NCBI RefSeq assembly: GCF_006345805.1
Contig: NC_042999.1
Location: 65,162,001 to 65,226,000, forward strand
Origin: Octopus sinensis
Lineage: Eukaryota
Length of the DNA: 64,000 bases
Direction of reading: 5' to 3'
In this document: piece after piece, positions 38,341 through 52,194 of the stretch
Position numbering within the stretch: position 1 is the stretch's first letter
Layout of the letters: every line of letters starts with the position of its first letter
Notes under the pieces: generated by a model
Told to the model about the DNA's origin: nothing
Seen by the model: only the letters and a program-made list of their open reading frames with translations
Database searches by the model: none
Program-made: the position numbers and the translations under genes

Positions 38341-38992
38341 ACTCTACTGTATGGAAGTGAGACCTGGACACTATGCACACGCCAAGAGCGTCGCCTAAAT
38401 ATCTTTCACCTGCGCTGCCTCCGAAAAATCCTCCGCATCAAATGGCAGGATCATATCCCCAACAAAGATGTCCTCAGGCAAGCAGGAATACCAAGCATGT
38501 TTGCGCTCCTCACACAAAGACGTATGAGATGGCTTGGGCATGTTAGCCGTATGAAAGATGGCAGAATCCCCAAAGACATACTCTACGGAGAGCTTGCTAG
38601 GGGTACTAGGTCTGTGGGTAGACCGATCTTACGTTACAAGGATGTTTGCAAAAGGGACATGAAGGCCTGCAACATCAATATTAGCGGTTGGGAGGCAGTT
38701 GCCGGCAACCGTGGAGAATGGCGACGTACCGTAAAAGAGGGAATACAAAGGAGTGACAGAGAGAGAGAGGAGAAATGGAAAGAAAGGAAGAGACGTCAAC
38801 AAGAGACTATGGCACTACAACCAGCCAGGAACAGTCTTCGCTACATTTGCGGTACCTGCCAGAGGGAGTGTTTGTCCAGGATAGGACTACACAGCCACAG
38901 CAGGAAATGTATCAGGACATGAAATATAAAAGCCGGACTAGACTACTTTGTGCGCAACTCCATTGTCTCCCGAGACAGAAAGGATGCCAATT
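38341..38992 (+). mobile_element. 5'-truncated RTE-clade LINE (frame open 38341-38922)
   Basis: TLLYGSETWTL...FHLRCLRKILRIKWQDHIPN...RRMRWLGHVSRM..RIPKDILYGEL..GRP..RYKD; C-terminal C..C..CLSRIGLHSH..C finger; 3' end ATTGTCTCCCGAGACAGAAAGGATGCC. Confidence 0.93.
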
Positions 38993-40867
38993 CAACATAT
39001 GTGTCCTTTCAGTAGAGATCATGGAACAAACTTAACGTGAATTTAACTTGAAATTTAATGGCTTAAATCGAATATTGATTAAATAATTCTAATCCAAGGG
39101 GAAGCAAATTGGTGGAATCGTTAGATTGCGAAAAAAGGCTTTTGCGATAATTATTCTGGGTGTTTACAGACTGAGCTCGAATCTCGCGCCAAAGTCAAAT
39201 CTGTTTTTCAATCCTCTGGGGTTGATAAAATAGAGAACCTATCAAGTACTGCGCTGATAGCATTGAGAAAACGTCTCCTCTCAAAATTGCCGAACTTATA
39301 AGTATGTAACAAACTATTAATTTCTTCTAGTCCGAAAAGGGAAAGGTGAAACAAATATTTTACTCAAGTACCGACCAATAAAATACGTAAGGGAAACAGT
39401 GTGATGCAGCTTGTGAATAACGAAGCAACAACATACGGTATATGAGCGTTATTGTCAAAGTCAATGTTGAACAGTACAACATTAGAAATTCTTTTTTCCT
39501 CACTATAGTTTAGATAAAAGGATTATGAATAATTCATTGCTTTTATCTGACGTAGGTTTTCTTTTTGCCTCGATTCAAATACAAGTAATACAAATAAACA
39601 GGGTGACATTAAATGACTCCAGTGTTTTGTTTCTTCTGTTCTGTTCTAAAAGTAAATCCTAACGAACTTGATTTTGCAGCGTCATCTGTCTGAAGTCTAT
39701 ATAATTAGAAAAAGTTTCACAGTTATTTCAGTAATTTTCAATTCATACTTATCTTTTGCGAAATAAGTAACTGATATCATTATATCATTATCTGTGGCTA
39801 CTCAAAATAGAACAATATAAGTAATAAAAAGATAAGTTCTATGATAGTACAGTTAAGATTTAATATCCTATTATTTAGTTATCTAAATAATTCTTTCTAT
39901 CATTTGTGTACATCTCTCAACATACTTGCTATATCGGTACTGTAGAATGAGGGGGAATTGAATCTGTATTAGCAAGAAATTCAATTAAAATACACTTGAT
40001 TAATGTTTTATATTTGTTCCCAATTTGACACGAAGAGATAAGGTTGTTGTACTGGCTATCACTGAACAGCTCCTAGTAGCAAGCATTCTGTACGTTTTCG
40101 TTAAACGTTATAAGCATGAATCAACGAAGCAAAGTAGCCGTTTCTATTAAATCTACTGGCGGTGTCATCTAGATGCGAAAATAAACATAAAGCAAGCCTA
40201 AAGACACAAGAACAATTAATTTTTGGGCACGAACTTCACAATGTCGTGTTTAATTTTGGGTAGTTTAGAATCATGTCACAATTTTCATTTCTGTTTTCTC
40301 GTTTCCACTGCTTCCTTTCAATAAATCAAAATCTATACCCTAAAGGAGCTGTAAGTGCACAACATGAAACGCAGCCTGCATCAGCCATACTCATGTTTTT
40401 TCACAAAACTCTCTGTAACCACTCCCATTATAATTTCCTCTCTCTCTTTTTTCTAGGAAAATCTCCATGTCTGATTATTTTCGCTAGAGAGAGATTATCC
40501 TTATCTTTGTATCATGTTTCCTGACAAAGTCGCTTCATTTCTCATCTCTTATTATTATTATTATCACAGTTCTACGCTTGTGCTTTAGAGATTTCTCAGC
40601 AATTTAGTTGCCAACGATATTCTGTACTTGTAATCGTAGACGATTTCGCAGCATTTGATTTCACTTACAGCTGGGCTACCTTACTTCAGATAAAGGACAT
40701 ATACAGATCGTGCATCAATTCATATAAGTTTCCACTAGTGAAACCAAATACAAGAATTTTACGCGGTATGGTGATATTCGGGATACACGTATAAAAACGC
40801 AAGAGATCTTCGCGCATCTGGAAGCATTTCTATCTAGTATATAGCAGGACAAAATTTTGATTATCTC

Positions 40868-41230
40868 GCAGTATCGTTAGCACGCCGAGCGAAATGCTTA
40901 GCAGTATTTCGTCTGCCGCTACGTTTTGAGTTCAAATTCCCCCGAAGTCGACTTTGCCTTTCATCCTTTCGGGGTCGATAAATTAAGTACCAGTTACGTA
41001 TTGGGGTCGATATAATCGACTTATTCCGTTTGCCTGTTCTTGTTTGTCCTCTCTGTGTTTAGCCCCTTGTAGGTAGTAAAGAAATAGGTATTTCGTTTGT
41101 GTTTAAATTCCACCGAGGTCTATTTTGTCTTCCATCATTTCGGAGTCGATAAATTAAATACCAGTGAAACACTGAGACCGATGTAATAGATTCATCCTCG
41201 CTCTCAAAATTGCTTCCCTTGTGACAAAAT
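40868..41230 (+). mobile_element. SINE family B plus a head-to-tail partial copy
   Basis: Copy ending GTAGTAAAGAAATA at about 41085, then a restart at GGTATTTCGT. Confidence 0.85.
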
Positions 41231-42974
41231 TTGAAACCGTTATATATCTGCTCTTTCCTTCACAGCTAAAATAATTTTATATAAATATTTTGACTGAAAA
41301 TATAAACTCAACTTTGCCTCGCACAGTGAATACCTTATTATACATGATAAAACTAGTAATGTTTAATAAAATAAAACGAGAGATAAGTAGTGTGCTGCTA
41401 TTTCTAGCAGGTCGAGAAGCTGTGTTGCATTTACACAATTGCTCGACTTGATATAGAAAATTTAGTTTGATCTCTTCAGGCACAGGGAAGCCATTAACTT
41501 GCAATGTATAGAGTAAATTTACAACTTTTGTCTTTATTAATTCTTTATTATTTCATTGGTAAAAGCTTGTAAATCCATTTTTTTAAGTAAAATTTATAAA
41601 TCTTCATCCATGTCAAGTTAGTTTAGTCGTAATATCTCATCGCCACTTAGGTGGGCGCTAGAAATGACAACTTAAAAAGAGGCGCTACAAAATAAAAAGA
41701 AGAATAAAGTAACATTAAGGAATGTTAACGCCATATCGTTGCAACTCAATAATGACATGTTGGATAATGCAGTTCTAGATTTACACCTAGGATGTTCATA
41801 GATGGAATGTCTTTAATCAGATCTGACATGAGGCAGCACTTCTTATGCGTTTACAAAGCAACAAGGTTATCACTCGAGGTGATGTCGAATCAATTATCTT
41901 CAAAGGGTATGGCCTTGGTCATAAACTCATTCTAGTGGTATCTACATTCTTTCTTTCTATTGGGAGGTTTATTTTGGTATGGGAAAACGTCTCCAATAAA
42001 TTTATCTCTAACGAGTTCCACTACTTTAGCATCGTCAAGTGATGTATGATTGTCTGCACATACAACATGCCATAGACACTAAAAAGCAAACGCAAATAAT
42101 CATTGCCCTTGTTACATGGAAATTGTTTATATCTAATACTCCACAGATCAACTACATCGCTTCTCTGCAACCAGCGTTTCGGAGTGCAGACTGAATAACA
42201 AAATTAATTTGTTTTCCCTCGATCCTGCTCAGGCATAAGACACTCTGAGCCGCTCTCTTCTTATGGAACTTAGTGTATTTAATTTTGTGGATTGGAAATT
42301 TCATGTCCGACAGTTATATAGAGCAAATAGTGTCAAGGCACTTTCCAATATTCTTTCCAAACACAATGTAATTACACACCCAGCTTCATGAAATATTCAT
42401 TTGAACTCCTGAGGAAGTTGATAACCACCTTGTCCTATGAATCAGGCAAACTTAGGAGGGTTATATTATAAAAGAGGAGGTACAAACACGCAAACGCCAT
42501 CAGAAAACGATTAAATACTCAACATCAACAGGCAGCAGTAAGGAAGTACAAGAAATAATAGAAACCTTATAAAGCGTAATTCAGTGTATTGTATTTAATG
42601 GAAAACCCAGTATTGTTAAAAAGTAATTTCCCTCTGTGATCAGAAAAGGATTGTCAAAAGACAAATTCTAGCAGCTGTTCAAGAACAACATCAATATAGG
42701 CAACAAATACAAGTAGAAAATGTATATATACATAAGCTCACAACACGGGCGGGCGTACACATAGACACACACACACACACACACACATACACACACACAC
42801 TATTTCGAGCAAGTACAAGGGTGGAAAAATTTTGATGCTTTCATTGCCGCCAGTATGAAACGCTGACAACTTCTCTGGACCGTGAGAAAAGAACTGAAAA
42901 GAAATATTCTGTAGGATTTGTATGTATGAAAATACATACATATATACGTATATATACATAAATACATACATACA

Positions 42975-43006
<32 letters not shown>

Positions 43007-44544
43007 CATACATACATACATACATACATCATACATACATACATATGTACGTACATAAATGAATATATATATATATATAATATATATATATATTATATAT
43101 ATATATATATACTCCAATGAAAAGAAGACAACGTAAATAAATATATGTAGTATATATGTGTGCGTGTGTGTATATGGGTGTATGTGTGAGTGTGTCGGTG
43201 TGTAAAAAACGCTTTGCATGTTCTGCTACAATGTGCACACACACACACATACACACACACACACATACACACACACAGAATCCCATATAAATAAAGTAAC
43301 TTAAAGGGTAAAATTTCAAAATAATGATAAATGTATTTTCTTTTTGTAGAACCAAATATATAATGATGGTCGATATAAAGCAGAATAGTTCTTAGATGTG
43401 GCTTCCGCCGTGGTTTTCTTTATTCTTGATATCAGATGAATTCAATTAATTTCTATGAATACTAAAACTTCTAAACGAGTTACTAAAAATTTAACATATC
43501 GATATATTTGACACTCTTCCCTCTCTTTCTGTTTGTGTCTGTTTGTATGTATGTGTGTGCGTCTCTCTCTCCTTGTCTCTGTTTTGGTTTTTTCCTTGCC
43601 CCTATATCTGTCTGTGTCGTAAACACACACTCCTTTTGTCGAATTACAATACTTACAAAAGATCTATCCATCAATGAACAAAATAGTTGATACAATAGAA
43701 ATATCGGGAAATAGAAAAGCGTGGCAGAAGGAAAGCAGGTCAGTTTTAATCTGAATTTCTCAAGGGAGAAGAGAAAATATTTGTGATATATAATTGAATA
43801 TATTTCATGTACAGAGAAAGACTCTTTATATTTTTTAAGTATTGTCATTACCTTAAGCATTCAGAGAATTATGGTTCAGGTTGATAAATTTTATTTGATT
43901 CTCCTATTGTTATTTTATTTTCTATATATAAATTGATTCAGTATCAATTCATACAGATATATAGCTTATACGTGGTTACTTGTATCGAAGTTAAATATTT
44001 ACAACGATGTTAAAATCGAACGGAATGAGTGATGTATACAACCATCAATATATAAATTTTGTGAATATATAAATATAAATTTATACTTTATACACGCATA
44101 TCTGTGTGTGTGAGTGCGTCTGTGCGCGTTTGTGTCTATATGCATGTGATTGTATATATACATATATATACATTTGCTGCGACCTTCTTTACTCGTATAT
44201 CTGGCATCTCTCTCTCTCTCCCTCTTTCCCTTTCTCACTCTCTCTCTTTCCGTCACTTTCTCTCTCTCTCTCTCTCTCTGTCGTATTCGTCTCTCAGTGT
44301 GCAATTCCCCTCTTTATTTCTTATTTCTGTTGTGACCTGTTAGTTTTTGATTTCAGTTCCTTAGAGTTCAATCCAATATCTAAATATGTTCAGTATTTGT
44401 TGCATATGGTCAACGATTACTGTACAAACTCCCAAATTTACCACCTACTCTTTTCGAACCCTACCACATAAGATCTGGTTCGAAATATATTTTTTAAAAA
44501 GTGACACACAACCACTAATATAATAAACAGAAAAGTATTATTGC

Positions 44545-44790
44545 TAAATATCTAAACATGAGACATTCAGTAGCAATTATTACTCTAGAGTAAAGATTAT
44601 TTGCCACCGTAATGTGGCAGTCTTGGTTAGGACGATTTTACTGTCATTTCGCCTCCGGAAACATCGTCTCTAGCTGGGGCTAAATAAGAGTAACAATCGT
44701 CCAAAACAGGACTGCCACATTATGTTCGCAAATAACCTTTACTCTAGAATACTCATGTAAACTACTGAATATCTCATGTTCAGAGATTTA
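44545..44790. repeat. Imperfect palindrome of about 246 bp (foldback/MITE-like)
   Basis: Nested inverted matches: ACATGAGACATTCAGTAG/CTACTGAATATCTCATGT, CTAGAGTAAAG/CTTTACTCTAG, TAATGTGGCAGTC/GACTGCCACATTA and GGACGATT/AATCGTCC. Confidence 0.85.
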
Positions 44791-45016
44791 AAATGATAAT
44801 TATATATATATATATATATATTGTTATGTTTCGGAATGGTCATTTTGCCAGTTTAGCCAATAAAAACACACGCACTATATATTTGGTATTATTTTGCTTA
44901 AGTGTTATTTATTTTTTACATTAATCTTAATCTTATTTCTGGCTTGTTTCTGCCTGTCTCTACCTCGCTTGTTTACTCTTGTGGGTTCAAGGCCGTTGTG
45001 AATTCTTGGTAGGGAG

Positions 45017-45092
45017 GAAGAAGAAGAAGAAGAAGAAGAAGAAGAAGAAGAAGAAGAAGAAGAAGAAGAAGAAGAAGAAGAAGAAGAAGAAG
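45017..45092. repeat. (GAA)n tract
   Basis: Direct inspection. Confidence 0.95.
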
Positions 45093-45123
45093 AAAGAGAA
45101 GAAGGATGACAATAATTTTCTAT

Positions 45124-45170
<47 letters not shown>

Positions 45171-45263
45171 GCAAGATTTTTTATGTGAAGTCGTGTGTTG
45201 AAACAGATATTGTTATATTTCGGAATGGTCATTTTGCCAGTTTAGCCAATAAAAACACACATA

Positions 45264-46308
45264 GTGGCCCTTTCAGACATGCCTTCAGTTGCTACGATGG
45301 CCACCCTTGCTAGCTATGCAGATGACACAAAAGTCTCCCACACAATACAAAACCCTGAAAATATTGCGCATCTGCAACAGGAGTTGGATAAAATATACAG
45401 GTGGGCGGAGGACAACAACATGCAGTTTAATGCAGGTAAGTTCCAGGCCCTGCGCTACCGGCACACAAACGTAAACGACGTGCAGACTGGATACACTGGC
45501 CCAGGAAGAATTGCAATCCCTGAGTCAAAATCAGTGCGTGACCTAGACATTGACATGAGCAATGATGCATCTTTCCAAGTGCATATTACTAATCTGGTGA
45601 TAAAATGCAGACGGCTAGCTGGATGGATTCTCCGAAATTTCAGAACAAGAGAGAAGGAGACACTGATGGTCCTCTGGAAAACATTCATCCTTAGCCGCTT
45701 GGACTACTGTTCCTAACTATGGTCACCACACAATATAAAACTAACAGCAGAACTCGAAGCAATTCAGAGAAGCTACACAAAGAAAATCGTCTCAATGCAA
45801 AATATCAGCTACTGGGAAAGACTGAAAGTATTAAACCTCTTCTCCCTAGAGCGGAGTTGGGAGAGATATGCGGTGATATCCATCTGGAAAATACTGGAGG
45901 GTCTTGTCCCAAACTTTGGCATTCAAAGTTACCCCAACCGCAGAACGGGGTGCCACTGCATGGTGCCAAAGATTCCAACATCACCATCAAAATACAGGAC
46001 CAGATACTGCAACAGCTTGGGTTTCAGAGGACCACAGCTCTTTAACATCCTCCCTAAATGCCTGAGAGACTTACATGGTGTAGATGTGGGTTTCTTAAAA
46101 ACTAAACTGGATCTCTTCTTGTCGGGAGTCCCAGATGAACCTACTTCACGACAGGAGACGCAGATGCGGGTAGCAGCATCGAACTCCCTTGTTGATCAAG
46201 TGCCACGTATCAGAGGTGGATTCACATATTAGTGTAGCTCATTCAGCGGTGGTGCCCCAGCATGACCGCAGCCTTCGGGCTACAACATTTTTAAGGATTT
46301 AAGGATTT
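45264..46308 (+). mobile_element. 5'-truncated CR1-like LINE (RT C-terminus to 3' end)
   Basis: ASYADDTKV...MQFNAGKFQAL...VRDL.I...SRLDYCS*LWSP...LEAIQRSYTK...SYWERLKVLNLFSLER...GPQLFNILP...KTKLDLFL..VPDEP; tail GGTGCCCCAGCATGACCGCAGCCTTCGGGCT and (TTTAAGGA)n. Confidence 0.93.
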
Positions 46309-46335
46309 ATACATACATACATACATATATATATA

Positions 46336-46527
46336 ATTTTTTAAAGTAATCGTACTGTCCGACTTTTCATTCACAGGGAGCATAGACAGCGACCAGCCTG
46401 AACACTTTACCACTGCTGTGCGTCACATCCAAAACGACCAACCTGTCTTCCGGATCTATAAAGACAGTTCTAATCTCTAAATCCAGGTTTTTCCTGACTA
46501 GCACTGCCACTACTCCGCCCCTTCCCG
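46336..46527 (-). mobile_element. L1/Tx1-like APE endonuclease fragment
   Basis: GGVVAVLVRKNLDLEIRTVFIDPEDRLVVLDVTHSSGKVFRLVAVYAP; homologous to 48995-49196. Confidence 0.85.
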
Positions 46528-46949
46528 AAAGACGAAGGAAGAATCCTTGTGGATTAATCCAGAAATCGGTCCAATTCGCGAATGACAAATTCAAACAAAA
46601 AAAGTCTGTAGCTTGCTTTCCTCGTTTCAGCAAGCTGTGTATCTGTAGAGAAAAAATATTGTGCCGTTAGACCAAATATTGTGTCGTTAGACCACCTAAA
46701 GTCTATTTTTTCATCAGCATATTGGCATAGAAAAGTTTTTCTTTTGCACTTATTTATAATTGTTTATATTTATATTTTCACTTTGAAAGGTATTTTAATA
46801 TATAGCCACTGATAAAATTATATATATATATACATATATATATATAGAAAACATACAAACACACATACATGCACACACATAAACAAATACATACCTAGAG
46901 AGACAGGCTGACAGTCAGACAGTAAGTGTTAGTCAACAATGAAGTTTTC

Positions 46950-49196
46950 ACCTTTCTTTCCCTCCCTCCCTCTCTCGTTTCCCCTCTCTCTCTCTTCCTA
47001 CCGTTTGCTTTGCCACTGCCTGGAATTGTTTTTCGGTCGTGTTATTCTTTGCTCCACTGTGAAAGATTGTTTTTATGCCGAAAATTGTGAAAATTTACCG
47101 TTTTAGTCGTCGAGACCACTCATTTTCTGCTGCTACAGCAGAGTTTTGCTGTTGTTTCCCTCTTGTTCCAAGGAGGAAACAGCTAAAATCATGAATTTGT
47201 CACCAATTTCTTTCGAGTCCGAAGAAAACTTTGAAATTTTGTTGCAAGGCATAGAGAGGAGTATGAGGGAGGAGAGCGGTAAAGGTATAGAGGTGACTCA
47301 CGCGCTCGCTACAAAGGCAGACGATAAAATGTCTAGCGAGGCAACACAACAGGAAAAATCTAGAGTTAATTTTGTGAGTGCACCAGCTCGCTCTTGCGAA
47401 AATATTGAAATAATCAAGGAAGATTTTTAAAAATATCAAGGTTTACTCAAAAAGGAAGGTGAAAATGTGAAGTTGCTCCCTCCCAGAGAATTAATCAACA
47501 CGACGGAGAGAAAAACACTAATATAGAAGACTTACCACGTCAAAAATAGAAAACTTGACTTCGTGACGAGGGAAGCAATAGAGAAATGCTTGAGGGCGAT
47601 ATGGCAACAAACAAGTTATATAGCAAGGGGTAGTCGCTTCGGCACTGTATAGGTGCGTTTCCCTAGCGAAGAGAAAAAACAGGGAACATTCAACAATGAC
47701 GTTGAAGTCGGAAGAAGTAGTTCTCCTGGACTTGCTTAGGAAGGAGAACTTCAAAAATCAGGGTCAGTGATATACCACCCGAAATAGATGTGGCCTGCTG
47801 GTAGCTGCTAGTCTCACGGGCAGAGAAGATAAAAATTACCATTCTACAGACGAAGAGATACCACCACATGAACTAGGTTGAACAAGAGTTAGAGCTCGTC
47901 ATTCAAGCAACCCCATAGATTTAGAAGAAATGCCCAGTTCAATTATAATTGGGGAAGTTACCAACCTGATGGTGGTAGTCGAGGGGCGAAAGCCGAGGTG
48001 ATATAAATGTGTCGAGAAAGGCCACATAAGATCAAACTGTAAGAAGAAAGAAACAGTTAAAGGAAACGCAGCAGAAAAGGCAAGCACGCCACCGAAGACA
48101 ACGACCAACCGCTAGAAATAGCAGCCACGTCGCGCGCACAAGTTACCGAAGTAAAGCTGACAGCGGGAGAAAACAACAACAATAACCAGGAGTGGGTCAC
48201 CGTGAAACCTTCATAAAAGAAGACGGAAACGAAAAGACCCCCCCCCACTTCAGATACACAGGACTATGCCCCGAGAGAGACAAGCACACCCACACCCACA
48301 AATATAGCCGCAAACACACACGTAGCCTCCTCCACAAAAAAACACAAAGAAAAGACACACACACTGGAAAAGGCACACACAAATACACAGACACCTACCA
48401 CAAGCACACACACACCTACAACCACCCACGCATCTACAAGCACACACACACACCCATCTACAATCGACTAATAAAAAAAAAAGAGAAACAACTTCACGGC
48501 AATAAACAAAAATAATAATCTCTTAAGGGACCAAATTGTTTTAATGAAGTTGGCGAAAAAATATATCGCAACAGATTTAAAAAGAACAATTCTTGCGAAT
48601 GTCGAGTTTTATACCATCGACAACACAGACTATTTCGAACTAATAAAAATCTTTTGCGGAGAACGTCGGCCTATTACAGATGAACTTTTCCAGCCATCTG
48701 TACAGGCAATTCTCTAAACAAATGACCTCGAAAACCACAACACTTACAGACAGAAAAGAGGAGGATGAAACTACACGCTCTCTCCCACATATGATTTATT
48801 TTTCTCGTTCTCGTTTAAACTCGGGTGTTTAAAGTACGTGGCCTGGGGGTCCGATTGGAAGAAAGGCTGCCTCTTTGACGACCTTGGGTCGCGTCGTTTG
48901 GACGTAGTTGTAATTACCGAATCCAGACTGAGTAGACTGCTCACTTTTTCACCCCTCCTAAACGGTTACGAGAAATACGTTTCTCCTTGCCGACCGGGAA
49001 GGGTCGGAGGAGTATCAGTGCGAGCCAGGAAAAACCTGGATTTAGAGATTAGAACTGTCTTTATAGGTCCGGAAGACAGGTTGGTCATTTTGGATGTGAC
49101 ACACTGCAGTGATAACGTGGTAACGTGTTCAGGCTGGTCGCTGTCTATGCTCTCGGTGAAGGAAAAGTCGGACAGTACGATTACTTAAAAAAATTA
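46950..49196 (+). mobile_element. 5' part of an L1/Tx1-like LINE: 5' UTR, decayed ORF1 with zinc knuckle, ORF2 APE N-terminus
   Basis: ORF1 remnant VVVEGRKPR*YKCVEKGHIRSNC (CCHC, about 47975-48040); ORF2 GSDWKKGCLFDDL..RRLDVVVITESRL..GGVSV..RKNLDL; ends abruptly in (TA)n. The 5' boundary is approximate. Confidence 0.8.
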
Positions 49197-49290
49197 TATA
49201 TATATATAAACCAGCCACTTGGTGTTGCCACTTGGTGTTAATTGGATGTACTATTAAATTAATATCCAATTTTCTCACCCTTATTAGTTG

Positions 49291-49364
<74 letters not shown>

Positions 49365-50651
49365 CATGTATGCATATATGCACGTATAAAGTTAATCAAA
49401 GACATACTAAGTATGTCTACCTGCTGGAAATAACAGTCAATGTTATCTACGCAAATTGTTCACACATACGCACGTATGACTGTGCGTGTGTGTGTATACG
49501 TATGTGTGTGTGTGTTTGCATGCGTGTACGTAAATTTGCCTGAGTAACGTAAAGTTAAATCCAGTCATCAACAATCTTATCGGTTTTCCTCAGTTATTTG
49601 GAAACAGAGTCTACCCCCGCAAATGGCCCACGTTTGGATTAGGATTAACTTTATTAATTTATTCATTTGGTAAAAAAACTCGAACTGTTTTTACTAATTT
49701 GGTCCATAAACTCGATCTTTTCTTCCTCAATGAATATCAGTACAGCTTTTGTAAAGGAATAAATGTGAACCAGCTGTGCTATGCCGCTTATCAGTAAGAT
49801 CACTTTTGGTAAATTTGATGAAATACTGCTTCTTTTCACAAAACTTTGCTATCACCGTTATTATTAAAACTTTGCTATCAACTGAACCTTGCACATAAAT
49901 TTGATAGCAAACTGCTTTTAATCTGTCAGTAATTGCATCCCCATTCGTACATAACTTTTCATAGAGAATAGTCATGCATGTGCTTCTGAAACATCTTACA
50001 CGAAATCTACTCTGTCTCTACTAAAGATAACCGTGAAAACATCAGAAAGTAATAACATATTAGTATTGTTTCCATCAATAAAATTAACTATAAATATGCA
50101 CAAACGCACGCTCGCTCACACACACGCGCACACACACATACACACACGCACACAACAAACAGATAGATAGTGACAGACGCACACATTTTCACTCAAAGGA
50201 TTATAACTTATAACATTTCGCCTGTTTCCTGAAGATGGCCATCGATAAGTAGTCTCATGATCGCTACTGCAGTATTACTCAGGATCTGTTTTAGCGAGCG
50301 TGTATTGACAACAGTTAGAAATACATCACAGATATTGGCCCTACTCCTCAGTGCTGCTTCAGTACATGTCCACTACAACCGATTTATTTGGCTCAAATGA
50401 AACACAATAGTTTTCCCTCTTAAATCTGGATCGTTTTGCACAAAGACGTCCAAGACCATATCTAAAGAAAGGTTATGCGCCTGATTCACATAAATTTACT
50501 CACAAACACTCTTCAACCTCTGACAAGGGATTCGCGTATCGTTTCCTCTGTGCTCTGTGTAGCTTCTGATTTCCTGACTTCATTGAATTGTTGCCCTCTT
50601 CCCAAATACACACCCTTTTAACTCGTATATTCGCCTCGTGTCACCCATATA

Positions 50652-50883
50652 TATTTCTTTACTACTCACAAGGGGCTAAACATAGAAGGGACAAACAAGG
50701 ACAGACAAACGGATTAAGTCGATTATATCGACCCCAATGCGAAACTGGTTCTTTATTTATCGACCCCGAAAGGATGGAAGGCAAAGTCGACCTCGGCGGA
50801 ATTTGAACTCAGAACGTAACGACAGACGAAATACCGCGAAGCATTTCGCCCGGCGCGCTAACGTTTCTGCCAGCTCGCCGCCC
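50652..50883 (-). mobile_element. SINE family B
   Basis: Near-identical to 3519-3749; GTCACCCATAT is duplicated on both sides (probable TSD). Confidence 0.92.
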
Positions 50884-51174
50884 CATATAATGTCACCCAT
50901 ATAATGTTCCCTCACCATCGACATCCGAGTTTACTACAATAACCATTTATTGCAATCCAGAAATGTTGGTTTCCTGGATTAACATCCGTTTACGTTCTTT
51001 CCTACCGCTGTCGCTCAGAAGCTGATAAACAGAAGAGTTAACCGACTGCAATGTTCACTGCCAAGTAAACCGATACTACCATTGGTCTCGAAGTTAACCA
51101 CCACTTCCAGTCAAGCGAAAAGAAAAAAAAACGTGTACTATGTAAGTTGGTTGAGAGAAGTCATAGAATGAAAG

Positions 51175-51216
51175 AGAGAGAGCGAGAGAGAGACGGGATT
51201 GAGAGAGAGAGTGAGT

Positions 51217-51282
<66 letters not shown>
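51175..51282. repeat. (GA)n microsatellite
   Basis: Direct inspection. Confidence 0.95.
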
Positions 51283-51285
<3 letters not shown>

Positions 51286-52194
51286 GAAAAGAGAATAAGG
51301 AAAGTGGGAAGTTATTTTACAATATTATGTGTCACATTTTCTGAATATCTAATTGCTAAATCGATGGGAAGGCCTATATACAATTTGATTAGGTAGTAAA
51401 AACAAAGCTTAATTGTTTAGAAAGGCGTAAATGTTTGTAAGTGATGATTAGTCGTTAAGTGAGTGTGAATAATTGTCGGTGGAATAGGGAAACATACGAA
51501 AAGCTAAAAAATGCAAAAATAACGAACGGATTGTATTCGACTACACAAACAATATATAACCTTTCTTTAACTGAAATGTCAAGAACTACTTCTGCTTACG
51601 TTGCTGAAAATTAGTTCTATAGTCGCCTTGCAGCTGGAAATTGAATGAGAAAATGGTAGTGAGAAGTTTTAACTCTTCGGAACAGAAAATCAACGTAGAT
51701 TGAAGATCATAAATAAAAACCGTTTAATGCAGCGGTGGGAGTGAAAGTACCTCGTAATCTCGGGTTAGTAAGGTCTCTTTTTAATATTACTTCAAAATAT
51801 AGCAGCACGGAATTATTAATATGTAAGAGCAATATGGAATTTTGATTGAGGAGAGGTATCCATATGATTGTTTTCTTTTTAAAGGGCGTTTTATTTCAAA
51901 CGTTTTTCTAATAATCACGATAAACTTACGGTGATTGGATGAACGTATTAAGAGTTCGCTAAACATATTCTCTTGCCGAGCAAATAATGGAGGCTATTCC
52001 GAACAATTCTATTTATTTAACGACTATCAACGGAGTAATACACACCCCATTACTTTCTGTCTGTAAAGTAACTGGTTTAGTAACTATCAAGGATTGTTCC
52101 TCAATGAAAATATTTAGTACCGTCGTGAATGAGATAAGACACAGTGTAGGCATCGAGAATAGCATATTCCCTTGTAACACCGGTAGCGAAAGCG

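Noticed and set aside
45170-45225. TGTGAAG...GAAACAGATATTGTTA as a hammerhead
   Set aside because: Lacks CUGANGA and stem II pairing.
49727-49975. Minus-strand ORF faintly resembling an RTE pre-RT region
   Set aside because: Similarity is too weak to call by eye.
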